Counted from the stretch's first letter, positions 8,841 to 17,565 are shown. The stretch is 32,000 nt of DNA from Mycobacterium conspicuum (GCF_010730195.1 NZ_AP022613.1:2626097-2658096), one strand, 5' to 3'. Made by a program: numbers and translations. The notes: generated by a model from the sequence alone, not told the origin.

Positions 8841-9758
8841 ATGATGACCGTGATGGACGCTGAACTGAAACGCTGGCTGGATTCCGGACAGACCTTCGAC
8901 TACCTCGGCTTCGACATCTTCTACCGCGTAGAAGGTGGCGGACCGCCGCTGCTGCTGATCCACGGTTATCCGTTCAATTCCTACGACTGGGCGCCGATGT
9001 GGCCCACTCTGTCCAAGCGGTTCACCGTCATCGCCCCGGACATGATGGGCATGGGGTTCTCGGCGAAGCCCGTGGCCTACGAGTACTCGGTGACAGACCA
9101 CGCCGACATGCACGAAGCGCTGCTGGCGCACCTCGACATCGGCAACGCGCACATCCTGGCCCACGACATCGGCGACTCGGTGGGCCAAGAACTGTTGGCC
9201 CGTCACGAGTTTGGGCAACAGGCCTACGGCGCGCTGCGCATCGATTCGATCACCTGGCTCAACGGAGGCATGTTCATCGAGGCCTATACGCCCAGGGCGG
9301 CCCAAAAGCTCATGTCGCGAACGCCGTTGGGGGACATCCTCAGTCATGTGCAGGACAGCCCGCTGTCCCGACGGCTGCTGGAACCGACGCTGCGGGAGAT
9401 GTTCGGCCCGAATACCAAGCCGACCCGGCACATGATGGACGTGTTCAACCAGATCTTGGACTACAACGACGGCCGGCGGGTGCTGCACAAGGTCGGCCGG
9501 TTCATCAATGATCGCTACACGCACCGCAACCGGTGGGTACGTGCCATGCGGCAGACCCCGGTTCCGATGCGGTTGATCGACGGGCCGATCGACCCCAACT
9601 CCGGTGCCCACATGGCGCGCCGATATGCCGAGGTGATACCCGATCCCGATGTGGTGATGCTGGCCGACGACATCGGGCACTGGCCGCAACTCGAAGCGCC
9701 CGATGCGGTGCTCACCCACTTCCTCGCCCACATCGACCGCATCGCGCTGAACGAATAG
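8841..9758 (+). CDS. MEST-like alpha/beta hydrolase (MesT/epoxide-hydrolase family, Asp nucleophile)
   Basis: The MMTVMDAELKRWL... start sits inside ORF 8403..9758. Motifs are LLLIHGYPFNSYDW and nucleophile elbow ILAHDIGDSVGQELL. The C-terminal half (LNGGMF, RRVLHKVGRFINDRYTHRNRW, PMRLIDGPIDP, DDIGHWPQLE) parallels the human MEST / mycobacterial MesT sequences as I recall them. Confidence 0.85.
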   Translation: MMTVMDAELKRWLDSGQTFDYLGFDIFYRVEGGGPPLLLIHGYPFNSYDWAPMWPTLSKRFTVIAPDMMGMGFSAKPVAYEYSVTDHADMHEALLAHLDIGNAHILAHDIGDSVGQELLARHEFGQQAYGALRIDSITWLNGGMFIEAYTPRAAQKLMSRTPLGDILSHVQDSPLSRRLLEPTLREMFGPNTKPTRHMMDVFNQILDYNDGRRVLHKVGRFINDRYTHRNRWVRAMRQTPVPMRLIDGPIDPNSGAHMARRYAEVIPDPDVVMLADDIGHWPQLEAPDAVLTHFLAHIDRIALNE

Positions 9759-9849
9759 GTGCGCCTAGCACAGAGCGGACAGCCCAACGCGGGCCGGAAA
9801 TTCAGCACCCACAAGGCATTTTGCCGACCCAGCAGCCTTACGTGCCGGC

Positions 9850-9866
9850 GCCCGGTGGCACCGGGC
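9850..9866. terminator. Candidate bidirectional hairpin between convergent genes (GCCCGG-TGGCA-CCGGGC)
   Basis: Perfect 6-bp (up to 8-bp) G/C inverted repeat in the 126-bp gap between the stops at 9758 (+) and 9885 (-). No U-tract. Confidence 0.3.
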
Positions 9867-9884
9867 ACCAGCCCGGACCGCAGT

Positions 9885-10181
9885 TCATCCGGGGATGCTG
9901 CCCTCGACGGTGTCGGAGAGGCTGGCGCCGTTGCCTTGATCGATCCATCGGCGGTGCCAGTCGTCGCAGCTGTTCATGTCCCAGTTCAGATCGGGGGCCA
10001 GGGTGGCAACCAGTCTGATCCCGCCGTCGGGGCCCTTCTGGTACTTGTACGGCACCGGCAACGGCTGGCCCGGACACCACGTTCCGTAGCCCTTGTCGGC
10101 CTGGGCAATTCCGGTCGCCGGCCCAAATGCGGCCAACGCCAGCCCGCCACCGAGCAGCGCACCGGCGATCACCTTCTGCAT
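9885..10181 (-). CDS. Small secreted protein (98 aa, Sec signal peptide, two Cys)
   Basis: ATG at 10181 is preceded by GAAAGGA. The signal peptide is MQKVIAGALLGGGLALAAFGPATGIAQA|DKG. The mature part contains WCPGQPLP and NWDMNSCDDW, which resembles a family of small mycobacterial secreted proteins. The ORF-track start at 10325 adds a non-signal extension. Confidence 0.7.
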   Translation of the reverse strand: MQKVIAGALLGGGLALAAFGPATGIAQADKGYGTWCPGQPLPVPYKYQKGPDGGIRLVATLAPDLNWDMNSCDDWHRRWIDQGNGASLSDTVEGSIPG

Positions 10182-10361
10182 CAACACGGTCGTCGTCCTT
10201 TCTGCTTCGGCTTGTGTGTTCTGCCGACAGCTCACAGGACGAGGCCAGCTACCGATCCCAAATAACGTCGGCCGCTGCGCCTTCATCAAGCTCATGGCAT
10301 CCAAATACTGAGCGTTGTAGCACATTTTGGGTTGTGCGCCGGTACCGTTCTACTCACGCTC

Positions 10362-12098
10362 ATGTCGACCGTGATCGCAGCACCGGCAATGGTTGCCGCG
10401 TCGGCCGCCGACCTGGCCCGCGTCGGGTCGGCCTTGAGCGCTGCCACTGCACTGGCGGCCCGACCCACCACCGCAGTGGTGACGGCCGCCGCGGATGAAG
10501 TGTCGGCGGCCATCGCGTCGCTGTTCTCCCGGCACGGTCAGCGATTCCAGGCGCTCAGCGCCCACGCGGCCGCGTTCCATGCCAACTTTGTGCAGGCCCT
10601 CGACGGGGCAGCGACCGCCTACAAAGCCGCCGAAGCCGCCAACGCCTCTCCGTTGCAGGCGGTGGTGCGCACCGCCCAGATCCTGGCGCTGTTTTCACCC
10701 GTCGCGGCGGCCACCGGGCGCCCGCTGGTCGGCAACGGCGCCAGCGGAACTCCGGGCACCGGACAGGCCGGGAAAGCCGGGGGATGGCTCTATGGAAACG
10801 GCGGCGACGGCGGGTCCGGCGCCCAGGGGCAGGCCGGCGGCAACGGCGGAGACGCCGGCCTGATCGGCAACGGCGGCAGGGGCGGTGCCGGCGGTAAGGG
10901 CGCGGATGGCGCCACCGGAGGCAACGGTGGTGCCGGCGGGCGCGGCGGACTGTTGTACGGCAACGGCGGCGACGGCGGTGATGGTGGCAAGGGCGGCGAC
11001 GGCGCCACCGGCGGCGACGGCGGCGTGGGTGGGCTCGGCGGGCAAGGCGCGGCCTTCTTCAGCCACGCGGGCAGCGCGGGCGCCAACGGCCAAGCCGGCA
11101 CCAGCCTCGGCGACGGTGGTGGCGGTGGTGGCGGCGGCGGGTCGACGTCGGGGGAGTACTCGCCCTACGTCGACATCACGCTCTACCCCGGGCCCAACGG
11201 CTACGACTTCGCGGCCGCCGGCCAGGCGGGGGTCAACAACGCCACGCTCGCCTTCATCACCGCCGACCCCAACGGTCAACCGGCCTGGGGCGGCTACACG
11301 GCCTACGACATCGCCGGCGGCTCGCAGATCTCCTACATCAACAACCAGATCACCAACATGCACACCGCGGGCATCAACGGGACCATCTCGTTCGGGGGCG
11401 CGGCCGGCACGGATCTGTCCGCGGTGCCGGGGCAGACCCCCGCTGCACTAGAGCAGGACTACCTGACCGTCGTAAACACCTACCACATCTACAATCTCGA
11501 CTTCGATGTGGAAGGCGCGCTGCAGGGCAACACCCAGGCACTGACCACTCAGGCGCAGGCGATCGCCATGTTGCAGGCGGAGGAGGCGGCCGCCGGCACA
11601 CCCATCACGGTCTCCTACACGCTGCCGGTGCTGCCGACCGGTTTGGTCGAGGGACAGGGCGGCGGATACAACGTCCTGCAGATCGCTAACACCAACGGCG
11701 TCACCGTCTCTCGCGTGAACGTCATGGCGATGGACTATTACGATCCGTCGGTCACCGACATGGGAACCGCGGCGATCGACGCCGCGACGGCAACACACAC
11801 CCAGTTGATGACGCTGTATCCGTCGCTCACCAGCCAGCAGGCCTGGAACCTGGTCGGCGTGACGCCGCTGATCGGAATCAACGATGACCCAAGCGAGATC
11901 TTCACCCTCGCCGACGCCCACCAGCTGACCACCTTCGCCCAGCAGAACGGCATCGGTGAACTGTCCATGTGGGAGTTGCCGCGCGACGTCACCGGCACGT
12001 TGGGCTCGGTAGACGCCGTCGACGGCAGCGGAATCACCCAGACCCCGTTTGAGTTCTCGCAGATCTTCGAGCAGATCGAGAACGCATCCCAAACCTGA
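10362..12098 (+). CDS. PE-PGRS family protein with a C-terminal GH18 (chitinase-like) domain
   Basis: PE domain [25 protein letters not shown]...[36 protein letters not shown]...AYKAAE. Gly-rich GGxGG repeats follow. Then a ~310-aa domain carries ISFGG, LDFDVEG (DxDxE, nt 11499-11513), MAMDYY and SMWELPRD. Confidence 0.9.
   Translation: MSTVIAAPAMVAASAADLARVGSALSAATALAARPTTAVVTAAADEVSAAIASLFSRHGQRFQALSAHAAAFHANFVQALDGAATAYKAAEAANASPLQAVVRTAQILALFSPVAAATGRPLVGNGASGTPGTGQAGKAGGWLYGNGGDGGSGAQGQAGGNGGDAGLIGNGGRGGAGGKGADGATGGNGGAGGRGGLLYGNGGDGGDGGKGGDGATGGDGGVGGLGGQGAAFFSHAGSAGANGQAGTSLGDGGGGGGGGGSTSGEYSPYVDITLYPGPNGYDFAAAGQAGVNNATLAFITADPNGQPAWGGYTAYDIAGGSQISYINNQITNMHTAGINGTISFGGAAGTDLSAVPGQTPAALEQDYLTVVNTYHIYNLDFDVEGALQGNTQALTTQAQAIAMLQAEEAAAGTPITVSYTLPVLPTGLVEGQGGGYNVLQIANTNGVTVSRVNVMAMDYYDPSVTDMGTAAIDAATATHTQLMTLYPSLTSQQAWNLVGVTPLIGINDDPSEIFTLADAHQLTTFAQQNGIGELSMWELPRDVTGTLGSVDAVDGSGITQTPFEFSQIFEQIENASQT
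10719..11147 (+). repeat. PGRS Gly-rich coding repeats, ending in nine consecutive Gly codons (11115-11141)
   Basis: Repeated GNGGxGG/GGAGG units are read directly from the translation. The run is GGT GGT GGC GGT GGT GGC GGC GGC GGG. Confidence 0.9.
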
Positions 12099-12200
12099 CT
12101 TCTATTTGAAAAGCGAACGGCACGATATCCCGGCCGTTTATGATGCCGAAGTGTTTGCGGCGAAGGTGCCGACTACATTGCTGCCGGGCGTGAGGCCACG

Positions 12201-13979
12201 GTGATGCTCGATTCTGCTTCCGGTCAGCCCGCGAATTGGCTCGCCGACGATCCCTCGGCTGAAGTTCATGAATCGATGCGCTTGCGCAAGTTAGATTCCC
12301 TTGCGATCTTGGATACGCCGCCCGAACCGGAGTTCGACCAGCTGATCGCGCTGGCGGCGGTCGTGTGTGCGGCACCGGCGGCACTGATGTGCCTAGCCGA
12401 CGCCGAGCGGCTTTGGTTCAAGTCCGGATATTGTCCCAGCGCGAATTCGCTTGGAGCTGAGGAACTATGCGGCCGTGAGGTGGCCATGGCACCCGCCGGC
12501 CCCGTCGACGAACACGTCATCGGCGACGCCCTTTTGGCCGCCTACCCGGAGCTGAGCTTTTATGCCGCGGCGCCGCTGGTAACCACCGACGGCTACGTCG
12601 TGGGTGCGCTATGCGTGTTGGACCGACGGCCGCGGACTCTGACTGGGCCTCAAGAAGAACATTTGCGCGATCTGGCTGCCCAGGTGGTGAGCCACTTGGA
12701 ATGCCGTAGCCGGACCCGGCTGCTCGAATCGGAGCTCAGCGTGAAATCAGCCGAACTGGCCGCGCTGCGCGAACGGCAGCGGGTCCTCGATGGCGTCCTC
12801 AACCACACCGACGTCCTGATTTACGCCAAGGATCTCGACGGCCGCTTTCTCATGACCAACCCGGCCGTGGAACGGGCGACCCGGATATTGGACGGCCGAC
12901 TGATCGGGCACACCGACCACGACTTTTTCGATAAGCAGATAGCCGACGCATATCGCCACAACGACCTGCACATCATCGAGACCAGACAATGGCAGATCTT
13001 CGATGAAGACCTCCTTCATGCCGACGGATCTCGGCATACCTACCGTTCGACGAAGTTCCCGCTCCTCGACGAGACAGGCGCGGTGATCGGGATCGGCGGC
13101 GTGTCCACCGATGTCACCGAACTCGCCGCGGCCCGAGCGGCGCACGCCGAGGCCGAACAACGGTGGCGAGAGCTGGTCGAACAGTCCTTGATCGCGGTGG
13201 CAGTCACCGACAGCGACGGGCTGGTGGTCTACGCGAACCCACAAGCCGCGACCCTCTGTGGTGCCTCGTCGGCCGCCGACATCGAAGGTCGCCCACTCGT
13301 GGACTTCGCCGGCCCCGGCACCGAAAATGCGTTGTGCGCCATGATGGAGTCGATCCTGGCGGGCGGGCCGCCAATGTGTGCGCAGCGAGGTCGTCTGCAA
13401 CAACTCAGCGGTGCCCAGATCGTCGTGGAGTTCAGTGCCACCGCCATCAATTACGGCGGCGGCACGGCGTTACAGCTAGAGGTCCGCGACGTCACCGCCG
13501 CCGCCAACGCGCAAGCCGCACTCCGGCATTCGGCCTCAACCGACGCCCTCACGGGTTTGTTGAACCGCCGCGGGTGGGACACAGCCTTGAAGGCGCTGCT
13601 CGACCAAGAATCGATCATCGCGTTGATCGATCTGGACAACTTCAAGTCGTACAACGATGCGCACGGGCACAACGCCGGCGACGCGCTGCTTCGAGATTTC
13701 GCCGCCGCCGTCCGCTCGGGGCTACGCCAGCATGACGTGTTCGCGCGCTGGGGCGGAGAGGAATTCATCATCGCGCTGCCCGACACCGAAGTCGACCATG
13801 CCACCCACCTGCTCGACGGTATCCGCTGCTCCGTCCCGGCGACTCAAACGTGTTCTATCGGTTTCACGACCTGGCGACCCCCCGAGCCGTTCGCCCATGC
13901 CCTGACCCGCGCCGACCGCGCCCTGTATCAGGCCAAAAACCAAGGGCGGGACCGGATCGCCGGTGCCGCAGCGCACTGA
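12201..13979 (+). CDS. GAF-PAS-PAS-GGDEF diguanylate cyclase (no EAL domain)
   Basis: The start is GTG 12201 or ATG 12204. The N-terminal GAF carries LRKLDSLAILDTPPEPEFDQLIALAA. Two PAS-like segments carry VLIYAKDLDGRFLMTNPA and IAVAVTDSDGLVVYANPQ. The GGDEF domain has active site GGEEF (13752-13766) and I-site RQHD (13725-13736) exactly 5 residues upstream. Confidence 0.9.
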   Translation: MMLDSASGQPANWLADDPSAEVHESMRLRKLDSLAILDTPPEPEFDQLIALAAVVCAAPAALMCLADAERLWFKSGYCPSANSLGAEELCGREVAMAPAGPVDEHVIGDALLAAYPELSFYAAAPLVTTDGYVVGALCVLDRRPRTLTGPQEEHLRDLAAQVVSHLECRSRTRLLESELSVKSAELAALRERQRVLDGVLNHTDVLIYAKDLDGRFLMTNPAVERATRILDGRLIGHTDHDFFDKQIADAYRHNDLHIIETRQWQIFDEDLLHADGSRHTYRSTKFPLLDETGAVIGIGGVSTDVTELAAARAAHAEAEQRWRELVEQSLIAVAVTDSDGLVVYANPQAATLCGASSAADIEGRPLVDFAGPGTENALCAMMESILAGGPPMCAQRGRLQQLSGAQIVVEFSATAINYGGGTALQLEVRDVTAAANAQAALRHSASTDALTGLLNRRGWDTALKALLDQESIIALIDLDNFKSYNDAHGHNAGDALLRDFAAAVRSGLRQHDVFARWGGEEFIIALPDTEVDHATHLLDGIRCSVPATQTCSIGFTTWRPPEPFAHALTRADRALYQAKNQGRDRIAGAAAH

Positions 13980-13983
13980 AGGT

Positions 13984-14412
13984 TCAGTCGTAAATAACAG
14001 CCTTCCCTTGCCGCTCAAGATCGGCCAGCCCGGCCCGCATGGCCCGCAGCTGTTCGGGTGAATGCCCCGCCCAATCCGTCAGCTCACCAACGATTTTCAC
14101 GGGCTCTCGGGTGCGGAAGGAGTGCGTCGGATTTCCCGGGAACTTCTTGTCGGTCACGTTGGGGTCGTCCTCGAGGGCGCCTAGCGGTTCCACGATGTAG
14201 ATGCGGCCCGGGCCGTCGCCCGCGGCAAGTTCGGCTCCCCACACCGCGGCATCCAACGTGCGTGTCACGTAGACATGATTTGCGATGCGTCCTGTGCCGT
14301 AATTCGCCTGGTGCCCGGGCACGAGCAGATCACCGACGGCAAGATCGGCTTTCGTGCCGTGCAGAAGGGCGCCCGACTCGTGCAACTCAAACGGCTTCGG
14401 CCTAGCCGGCAC
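13984..14412 (-). CDS. arr: Rifampin ADP-ribosyltransferase (Arr)
   Basis: 142 aa from GTG 14412, with a GGGGGG RBS-like tract upstream. LLHGTKADLAVGDLLVPG...HVYVTRTLDAAVWGAELAA...GRIYIVEPLGALEDDPNVTDKKFPGNPTHSFRTREPVKIVGELTDWAGH closely parallels M. smegmatis Arr as I recall it (FYHGTKANLAIGDLL...AVWGAELA...YIYIVEPTGPFEDDPNLTNKRFPGNPTQSYRT). The length matches too. Confidence 0.9.
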   Translation of the reverse strand: MPARPKPFELHESGALLHGTKADLAVGDLLVPGHQANYGTGRIANHVYVTRTLDAAVWGAELAAGDGPGRIYIVEPLGALEDDPNVTDKKFPGNPTHSFRTREPVKIVGELTDWAGHSPEQLRAMRAGLADLERQGKAVIYD

Positions 14413-14434
14413 CGAGACCCCCCATCGAATCCGG

Positions 14435-15883
14435 TCAGTGGCAGATGTAGACCGCCTTGGTGTTGAAGTATTCCTCAATACCCTTCTTGCCGCGCTCGCC
14501 ACCCCAGCCCGACTGCTTGTGCCCGCAGATGGGCATCGCCGGGTCGGCGCCAAGGGCGCAGTTCACCCAGACCTGGCCCGCGCGAAGCTCATTCGCGACG
14601 CGGTGCGCACGCCCGACGTTTTCAGTCCAGATGGCGCCGGCCAAACCGTATTCGGTGTCGTTGGCCGCGGCGAGGACCTCGTCCTCGTCGTCAAACGGGA
14701 TGACGCTGCCAACCGGCCCGAAGATCTCCTCGCGGATGAGTCGCATGTCGGGCGTCGTGTTCGTCATGATCGTCGCCTCGTAGAAGTAACCCTTGCGGTC
14801 CATCCGTTTGCCGCCGGTGATCACCTCGGCACCCTTCGAAACGCCCTCGGCCACAATACCTTCCACGCGCTGGCGCTGCTTCTCGCTGATCAGCGGCCCA
14901 AGCACCGAGACGGGATCCTCGCTGCCGCCCATCGGCAGCATTTTGGCGAAAGCGGCCAGCCCCTCCACGACCTGGTCGTAGATGGGGCGCTGGACGTAGA
15001 TGCGCGACGTGCAGGAACAGTTCTGCCCCGACCCGACCAGCAGGCCCAGGCCCGCGTTCATGATCGCCTTGTCGAGGTTGGCGTCGTCGAACATGATCAG
15101 CGGCGACTTGCCGCCGAGCTCGAGGGTCAGCCGCTTGAGGTTGCCCGCCGCGGCCTGCACGATCAGCTTGCCGACCTCCGTCGAACCGGTGAACGAGATC
15201 TTGTCGACGTCGGGGTGCGCGGCGAGTGCGGCACCGGTCGTCTCGCCGTAGCCGGTGATGACGTTGAAGACGCCCTCGGGCACTCCCGCCTCGCGGAAGA
15301 TCTGCTCCATCATTAGCGCGGTGAGCGGGGTCTCCTCGGCGGGCTTGAGGACGCAGCTGCAGCCCGCGGCCAGGGCCGGCGCGGCCTTGAGCATCGCGAC
15401 GAAGAACGGCCCGTTCCAGGGAATGATCAGCCCGGCGACGCCGATCGGCTCGAGCTGGGTGAAGTTGTGGAAGTTGTCGTAGTGGCCGAGCAGGCCGTCG
15501 GTGACGACGTTGCTCGACTCGCCATGGATCTTGCCGACCCAGCCCGCGTAATACAGCAGCATGTCGTTGGCCACCTTGATGATCTGCTGCGCAGCGGTGG
15601 CATTCATGCCGTTGTCTTTGGACTCGGCGGCGGCGAGCTCGTCGAGGCGTTCCTTGATGATGGCGTTGGCGCGGAAGAGGATCTCGGCGCGCTGCTGGTG
15701 GGGCAGTTTGCGCCACACGCCCGACTCGAACGTCTCCCGGGCCCGGGCCACTGCCGCGTCCACGGCGGCCTGGTCGGAGTCGGGCACCTCCGCGATCTGC
15801 TCCTCCGTGGACGGGTTGAAGACCGGAACGATGCCCGAGCTGCGGCCTTCGACCGCAGGATCGGTGTCGATGGCGTTACTCAC
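14435..15883 (-). CDS. NAD(P)+-dependent aldehyde dehydrogenase
   Basis: 482 aa, GTG start at 15883 preceded by GAAGGA. Catalytic Glu motif is LELGGKSP, catalytic Cys motif is GQNCSCTSR, and FTGSTEVGK is present. Confidence 0.93.
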   Translation of the reverse strand: MSNAIDTDPAVEGRSSGIVPVFNPSTEEQIAEVPDSDQAAVDAAVARARETFESGVWRKLPHQQRAEILFRANAIIKERLDELAAAESKDNGMNATAAQQIIKVANDMLLYYAGWVGKIHGESSNVVTDGLLGHYDNFHNFTQLEPIGVAGLIIPWNGPFFVAMLKAAPALAAGCSCVLKPAEETPLTALMMEQIFREAGVPEGVFNVITGYGETTGAALAAHPDVDKISFTGSTEVGKLIVQAAAGNLKRLTLELGGKSPLIMFDDANLDKAIMNAGLGLLVGSGQNCSCTSRIYVQRPIYDQVVEGLAAFAKMLPMGGSEDPVSVLGPLISEKQRQRVEGIVAEGVSKGAEVITGGKRMDRKGYFYEATIMTNTTPDMRLIREEIFGPVGSVIPFDDEDEVLAAANDTEYGLAGAIWTENVGRAHRVANELRAGQVWVNCALGADPAMPICGHKQSGWGGERGKKGIEEYFNTKAVYICH

Positions 15884-16065
15884 TATCCTTCATCCTTTCG
15901 TCGAGCCCCCTCTGACATGAAGAAGCGCGGGTAACCAACCCGGAGATTACGCGCTTAACTAGGCAGGCGTCCAGTGGTCCGGGACCCGTTTGACGGCCCG
16001 ATTGTGGGCCGTGCCGGGCGCGACCACCGCGGTTTACCCTGAAGAGAAATTAGGAAAGGTGCGCG

Positions 16066-16602
16066 ATGCTCGCAGCGTTCGGATTTGAAGCCATGGGTGT
16101 AGTCGTCGGGGACATGTATTTCGTCGATCCCAACCCGCTCGAAGGCCAAGAAACCCCGGAACGAGGCGTCAGACTGGAACTTCGCCTCGTGGACCGGGAC
16201 GAGCCGCAGGGGTCGATCTACGCGGGTGTCCCAATCGCCTTCACCCGGCCGGTGTGGCGGGTGGACCTCTTCGGGTCCACCGAAAGCCCGCCCGGGACGC
16301 TGGACCGGGCCCATCACCACCCCCGGTTCAATGGGTGGGAACCCGGGCGCCGCAACTTCGTCCCCGAGTTGTCCGCAGACCCGGTAGGTTGGCTGGCCGG
16401 TCAGCTGGCCGACCCGGCCGCCGTCCTGGACCGGGCCGGTGTCGATCCAGATGCGGTCAGCGACGCCGACAAGCGCGGCCTGGCCGCGGCGGCCCCGGAG
16501 ATTGTCGCCGCGGTGCAGCGGATGCTCGACGGCGTGCGCGACGGGGACTTGGCACCGTCGCCGCCCGAGCCCGTTGCCGCCGCCCGCACCGGTTGGCTCT
16601 GA
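16066..16602 (+). CDS. Hypothetical protein (178 aa)
   Basis: ATG at 16066 is preceded by AGGAAAGG. It is divergent from the aldehyde dehydrogenase gene. I recognise no motif. Confidence 0.6.
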   Translation: MLAAFGFEAMGVVVGDMYFVDPNPLEGQETPERGVRLELRLVDRDEPQGSIYAGVPIAFTRPVWRVDLFGSTESPPGTLDRAHHHPRFNGWEPGRRNFVPELSADPVGWLAGQLADPAAVLDRAGVDPDAVSDADKRGLAAAAPEIVAAVQRMLDGVRDGDLAPSPPEPVAAARTGWL

Positions 16603-16608
16603 CTTCGA

Positions 16609-17565
16609 CTAGGCGCGCCAAGCCTGTCGAGCCACCCGAAAAAAGTTGCCCCCCAAGGCCGCACGGATGTCCTCGTCGCTCCAGCCACGCCCGACGAGGT
16701 GCGTGCCGAGCGTCAGCAACGTCTCGGGCGGCATCCACTGGATCGGTCCCCAACGTGTGTAGCTGTCGTCGAACGAGTGCGGATTGCGCATGAGTTCGTC
16801 GATGAAATCGGCTGCGTCGAAAGAGAAGTCACTGCTGATGCCGACGTGGTCGATGCCGATGAGGTCGACGGCGTATTCCAGGTGTCGGGTCATCGCCTCG
16901 AGCGTGGGCGTGTTGGGGCCCAAAAAGATACCGACGCCGGTGATGCCGACGACGCCGCCGGTGGCCGCGCAGGCGCGGGCCTGGTCGTCGGTGATGTTGC
17001 GCGGGTGATCCCAGATCGCGCGCATGCAGGAATGGCTGTAAACCATTGGGCCGGAGGAGATCTCGCACATATCCAGTCCGGTACGGGCGCTGCAGTGCGA
17101 GCCGTCGGGAACGATGCCGACGCGGTTCATCTCGGCGACCATCGAGCGCCCCCACCCGCTGAGGCCGGTGTCGGTGGTATCCAGGCATCCGCTGCCGGCT
17201 CGGTTGGCGCGGTTGTAGCTGGGCAGCAGCGTGCGCACCCCGAGGTCGGCCACGACGGCGAGGTTATCGAGGTCGTCGTCGAGCGGACGCGAATCCTCCA
17301 GATCGAACACCACCGCGATGCGGCCGCTTCCGGCGATTGCCGCGACGTCGTCGACACTGGCCGCCAGCTGTAGGTCCGGGTGCGCCTCGATCGCGCCCCG
17401 GTAGTGGCGCAGCAACGCCAGCGTGTCCGACAGGCTGTGGGGCGCATATCCCGCGTTGACCGAAACGAATGCGCCGCCGGGACGCCGGTAGCGGGCCAGC
17501 GGAGCGATATCGGCGTCGGCCTGCAGCGGCAGGCACAGATGCTGGTCCCAGAGCAAAGAATGCAT
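16609..17565 (-). CDS. Peptidase M19 (membrane/renal dipeptidase family) homologue
   Basis: ATG at 17565 overlaps the upstream gene's stop (TAATG on the minus strand). M19-like motifs are FDLEDS, YNRANRAGSG, VAEMNRVGIVPDGSH, VYSHS and HPRNITDDQ. The first metal motif reads DQHLC instead of the canonical DGHND. Confidence 0.8.
   Translation of the reverse strand: MHSLLWDQHLCLPLQADADIAPLARYRRPGGAFVSVNAGYAPHSLSDTLALLRHYRGAIEAHPDLQLAASVDDVAAIAGSGRIAVVFDLEDSRPLDDDLDNLAVVADLGVRTLLPSYNRANRAGSGCLDTTDTGLSGWGRSMVAEMNRVGIVPDGSHCSARTGLDMCEISSGPMVYSHSCMRAIWDHPRNITDDQARACAATGGVVGITGVGIFLGPNTPTLEAMTRHLEYAVDLIGIDHVGISSDFSFDAADFIDELMRNPHSFDDSYTRWGPIQWMPPETLLTLGTHLVGRGWSDEDIRAALGGNFFRVARQAWRA

Noticed and set aside
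8829-9731. 300-aa minus-strand ORF opposite the MEST-like hydrolase. Similar antisense ORFs occur at 10695..11363, 23628..24419, 26476..27426 and 27439..28146.
   Set aside because: All are antisense shadows of motif-bearing genes.
10719-11147. Highly repetitive GGC/GGT-rich tracts that could be mistaken for a tandem-repeat or CRISPR-like array. The same applies at 19039-19281 and 23796-24188.
   Set aside because: They are in frame within PE-PGRS genes and encode Gly-Gly-X repeats. There is no repeat-spacer periodicity and there are no cas genes.
14354-15716. 320-aa plus-strand ORF (14354..15316) and 341-aa out-of-frame minus-strand ORF (14691..15716) overlapping the aldehyde dehydrogenase.
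   Set aside because: Only the 14435..15883 minus frame carries the ALDH catalytic motifs. The others are Arg/Ala/Asp-rich shadows.
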